NCBI GenBank assembly: GCA_003614675.1
Contig: ML002267.1
Location: 1-53,334 of the forward strand
DNA: 53,334 nucleotides
Direction of reading: 5' to 3'
From: Dimargaris cristalligena
Taxonomy: Eukaryota
Shown here: positions 49,321 through 53,334 of the stretch, one piece after another
Layout of the letters: each line of letters starts with the position of its first letter
How positions within the stretch are numbered: the first letter of the stretch is position 1
Program-made: the position numbers and the translations under genes
Notes under the pieces: generated by a model
Databases searched by the model: none
What the model saw: only the letters and a program-made list of their open reading frames with translations
What the model was told of the DNA's origin: nothing

Positions 49321-50696
49321 ATGTCGGGTCTTCAAGTCTTAAACAAGCTGAATCGGATTCGGGCCTTTAACGGTACATTGGCCATTAACAAACCCTACGG
49401 TCTAACCAGCGTGGACTGTCTCCGGTACTTGAATTTGGCCATAACCCATGCCCGCAAAAACGTTTCCATTCGGGAGGGTATTACCATGCAGGGCTACGAC
49501 CCCTTACCCTACCATCTCAAATACGCCGGCAATGCGGTTCCTTCCCTACGGCGGCAAGTTGGCCTTTTTCCCCCACCGCCCCTGGAGCGGGTCACTTTTA
49601 CGAATTTTCAGTTTGACTCGGCCCAGTTAGACCCCACCAACCCGGCCGATCTGTACCTCTATACGTTCATGAGCGGTTTGCCTTCCCGTCTGGTCCAGCC
49701 CGCTAAGAAGAAGCACCGTCTTAAGATTGGGCATGGCGGTACCTTGGATCCCCTGGCCTCGGGGGTGTTGCTGGTGGGGTTTGGGGATGCATGTAAATTG
49801 AGCCATGATTTCCAGGAGTGCTACAAGACGTACGTGGCCACCGCCGTGTTTGGCGTTGGAACCGATTCCTACGATATGGACGGGAAGATCATTTCTAAAG
49901 GGAACCCCCAATCCATCTCCGATACCCACCTTCGAAATGCCCTGCAAAAATTTACAGGCGTCATTATGCAGCGGCCCCCACTGTAAGTAATCCGTCGTTG
50001 TTGAATTGCGAAACTTTTTTCACCGGTGTGTATGCCAACTTGGAATCATTGGGTAAGCCTTTGATTTATGGCCATTAACTACTTATCATTCGATTACGTA
50101 TTCTATACTCGCGGTATACTTGTAGACACTCGGCCATCCAGGTGAATGGTGTTCGATTGTACGACTACGCCCGCTCGGGCCAGACCTTTTCCGAACCAAT
50201 TATGGAGCGAACCACCCGCATCCGTCGAATTGATCTTGATTTATTTGATACCGCTCCTGATCTGACCACACTCTCGCCCGTCCTCAAGGCGGTGGACCAA
50301 ATGGTCCAGTACCGGAAACAGCGGGAGGGCGAGACACCCGACGAATCTGTATCCCTACTCGAAGCTGCCGTACGAGACAGTGATCTACCATCGCCAATCA
50401 TTTGCGGAATTAGCCAGAGCGTGGAGAATATCGTTCCGCATCTCCAGGGCCTCCCGGCGTTTCGTATCACCGTAGAGGCCGCGGGGGGTACCTATATTCG
50501 GAGTTTGGTCCGGGATATTGGCGAGTATTTGGGTTGCCCGGCGACCTTGATTGATCTGGTCCGCACTCGACAGGGCGATTATGCGCTTGATGAGACTACC
50601 CCGAACTTACTACAGTGTCGGGATCCCCGAGTCATTGATCGCCAGTTGGTGCCTTTTAAAAAGGAAAGTATCAGCGGCCAATTGGCGGAGTTCTGA
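49321..50696 (+). CDS. PUS4: tRNA pseudouridine-55 synthase (TruB/Pus4); exons 49321-49982 and 50126-50696, about 410 aa
   Basis: INKPYGLTS, GHGGTLDPLASGVL (catalytic Asp), KTY, TDSYD and GTYIRSL motifs. A GTAAGT...GTAG intron joins QRPPL to HSAIQVNGVRLY in frame. Confidence 0.92.
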
Positions 50697-51127
50697 TCAG
50701 ACTCACCCGGGTCTCCCAGCAGTCGTGCCAGGATGTTCTAACTTGTACCAGAGTCTAGTAATTAGTAAGGTCTCCGATTAGTATTTCTGCTTGCGTTGCT
50801 TGTTGGGTGGATTAGAATATAAGGGGCCATATATTTTTATAAAGATCTAATACAAGGCCAATCACAACAATAACTGCTGCGATGATTATTGTGTATAACC
50901 GCTTGGTCTCCCAATAGCGTCATATTGAGAAAGCCAAATGTAAATTAACAGGTCAAATAAAGATTACAAAAGAACAATTAGGAGAGACTTGGACTCTAGG
51001 ATGGTATTTATTAGATAGTTCCACTATGTTGAATTAATCTAATGCCATGTCAGAGTTTACACCATAGGCTTCTTACTTAACACAGCTGTGAAAGTTGCCT
51101 CAGTTGAGACTTATCAAGAGGGAATCT

Positions 51128-51187
51128 AAGGGGGGAGATGTTGGTATATAGGTATTTAAGTACAAGTTTCTAGCCAGGGGTGGTCAT
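51128..51187 (+). mobile_element. Polypurine tract and start of a 3' LTR (family 2), truncated by an LTR1 fragment
   Basis: AAGGGGGGAGA is immediately followed by TGTTGGTATA at 51139; the start resembles that at 51350. Confidence 0.55.
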
Positions 51188-51330
51188 TATTACCCAAGTT
51201 AACCACTCTTAGTCTGTTGAGTCCCAAGGATAGGCTTCTAACAGTAGGTGGGGTGTAGCCTTAGCTAAGTGGGCTACTAGTGTTAGGTACAGGCATAATA
51301 CTAACTAATAAAGGCCAAGTGTAGGTGCAA
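51188..51330 (-). mobile_element. LTR family 1 fragment E (3' end)
   Basis: Reverse complement TAGAAGCCTATCCTTGGGACTC...CAGACTAAGAGTGGTTAACTTGGGTAATA matches the end of copy A. Confidence 0.8.
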
Positions 51331-51349
51331 CCACCAACCAAGACCATTA

Positions 51350-51830
51350 TGTTGGAATACTAAGGACTTAAGGGAAATAAAACTGGAAGAAAGGGAAGAA
51401 AGCAGCTAGAGGACAGTAGGTGCCTCTAGATGGTTAGTTTTATTGAACTGTAATTTTCTGTAGGGTGAAATATAAGGGGCTAATATGAATGATCTCATGA
51501 TAGTAGAATAAACTAACATAATTGGATGAAAATAGGATAGGATAAAGAACATGTAGGAACATATTCTTCAATATGTCACTCCTGAACTACCCCCTGCACA
51601 TGACCTGGTAAGGCAAGTGACCCCCCTGAGTAATGCATAAACAATAGCTAATCTCAATAATCCCTAGATACAAGAGGGGAGTATAAATTAGACAACAAGT
51701 TACAAAATCCCTAATCTGGGTATGTTTAAATAAAATACTAAATATAAACTTTATTAAGTTGAGATTTTGATACTTCTATATACCCCCACTTGGACTGAGA
51801 CACATTAGTAAATTCTCCCCTAGTCCAACT
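51350..51830. mobile_element. Candidate LTR family 2 (about 480 bp)
   Basis: Bounded by TGTTGGA...TCCAAC(T), a near terminal inverted repeat. CpG-free. The start is similar to 51139. Confidence 0.45.
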
Positions 51831-51842
51831 CGACTACTCTGT

Positions 51843-51980
51843 TATATAGGTATAGGTAAGGGATATGCAGTGGGCACACTTACTAGTTAGTATAAGGGGA
51901 GTGAGTGTATATAGGGATTATTAGGGGTAAGCCAGGGGGTAAAAATAAGCTAAGGAGTTTAACTAGTCCCCATAGGGCCC
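51843..51980 (-). mobile_element. LTR family 1 fragment D (internal)
   Basis: GGCACACTTACTAGTTAGTATA...TAAGCTAAGGA duplicates 52128-52247 of copy B. Confidence 0.8.
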
Positions 51981-52563
51981 TATTACCCAGATTAACCACT
52001 CTTAGTCTGTCAAGAGTCCTGAGGATAGGCTTCTAATGGTAGGTGGGGCTTAGACTTGGCCAAGTAGGCTACTAGCATTAGGATGGGGGTGTAGTACTAA
52101 CCAATAAGGGAAGGTATATGTAAATGCAAGGGATGTGCAGCAGGCACACTTACTAGTTAGTATAGGGGGGTAAGTATATATAGAGTTTATTGGGGTAAAC
52201 CAGAGGGTAGTAATAAGCTAAGGAATCAAACCAGTCCCAGTGGGGCCTGGTTATATATATATGGGGACAGCTCCATAGGGAGGTCCCAAGGGAAATGCTA
52301 CTAAGACTAAGGTATAGGTAGATAAGGAATCTGACTGGATGGCTTTAGATCTGGAAGACTCTCATGGGAACCAGAAGAGTCTTGGATTAACAGGTTGAGT
52401 AGTTTAGTGTAAAGCATTGGGGTTGGGAAGGAGAAGGGTTATATAATAGATGATGACCCCATAGTACTGGGGGTAACTATGGGAGGGTTAGTATGGCACT
52501 ATAAGGCCTAATAAGGACAGGTGATTGTTAAGTGCAGATTAAGTTAGATTAGGAGGGCCAACA
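51981..52563 (-). mobile_element. LTR family 1, copy B (full length, 583 bp)
   Basis: Reverse complement starts TGTTGGCCCTCCTAATCT and ends CTGGGTAATA; colinear with copy A throughout. Confidence 0.85.
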
Positions 52564-53071
52564 TATGCTAAACTTGTATTGTGACTACTGGTCTTTGTCC
52601 TTAGATAGGCTGATGACCATAAAACTGTAGAGGAAAAACTGGTTAAGTCTTTGGACCTAAACTTCATGCAGAATAACTAGAAATGACTGGGAATTAGAAC
52701 CACCTTGGATCTACTAAGGCATTTATGGTAACTAAAATAGGATAAATTCAAATAGTGAAGGTGGATAACTTCAATACTACATACCTTCTTCTAGCAAGTA
52801 GAAGCACCTTTCCTTACATGACATGATATGTGAATACTGTTACCATGAGGAAAAATAGAATATGACTAAATGATAAAGATAAAAGTGGCTGGAATTGGAG
52901 GTAGTATCAGTGGTGTCTGTTGCACTAGCAGGGAGCTGTTCAAAGAAGCAAGCATTTGTTCATTAAGTACCAGGGTTATGTTGACATTGGTCATCCATTT
53001 ATTCCCATGGAAGGGAAAATGTTTCCCTACTTATGGCAGTACACCTACCTTCTATACTATGAAGTACTAAC

Positions 53072-53274
53072 TGTTAACCCTCCTAATCTGACTTAATCCA
53101 GACCTAACAACTGCCAATTCCATTTCAGCCTTATAGAGCCATATTGACCCTCCCATAGTCACCCCCAATACTATGGGTCATCCTTTATTATATAACCCCA
53201 CCCATTCAACCCCAATGCTAGTACCCTCAACACTCAACTTGCTAATCCAAGACTCTTCCAGTTCCCATGAGAGT
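53072..53274 (+). mobile_element. LTR family 1 fragment C (5' ~200 bp)
   Basis: TGTTAACCCTCCTAATCTGAC...CCAAGACTCTTCCAGTTCCCATGAGAGT matches the start of copy A. Confidence 0.85.
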
Positions 53275-53334
53275 TGTGGTGAACTTACCACATTTTTTAC
53301 CTACTTTTATTTTTTATCTATTTTTTGCACTTAT

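Larger units (their letters stand above)
50920..53334. mobile_element. Nested LTR relic island, CpG-depleted, continuing off the right edge
   Basis: Only one CG found by eye (51831) in about 2.4 kb. Contains several LTR fragments. Confidence 0.85.

Overview
Eukaryotic, almost certainly fungal, genomic DNA with GT-AG introns, no operons and long intergenic spacers. Retention of animal-type genes (MRCK/ROCK kinase, SPIDR-like, ARL6IP4-like) suggests an early-diverging lineage outside Dikarya; this is inference, not a database result. About ten protein genes are present: the 3' end of a low-complexity gene, a secreted repeat-containing PPP/ApaH-like metallophosphoesterase, a SPIDR/DUF4502-like protein, an MRCK/ROCK-family kinase, TrpRS, the plasma-membrane H+-ATPase, an SR-25/ARL6IP4-like protein, a B-type cyclin, an orphan secreted protein and Pus4/TruB. 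Both ends carry transposon-relic islands (about 1810-3900 and 50920-53334), each with only about one CpG in over 2 kb, while the genes are CpG-rich. The islands hold at least five pieces of one ~575-bp LTR family, a second LTR family and a four-zinc-finger pseudo-ORF. Their substitutions hit both CpG and CpA, which points to a RIP-like or methylation-driven repeat hypermutation system. The other leading candidate for novelty is the secreted phosphatase with a 31-aa 'FLRPGGK' repeat array and a His-to-Tyr change at a catalytic motif. All counts and alignments were done by eye.
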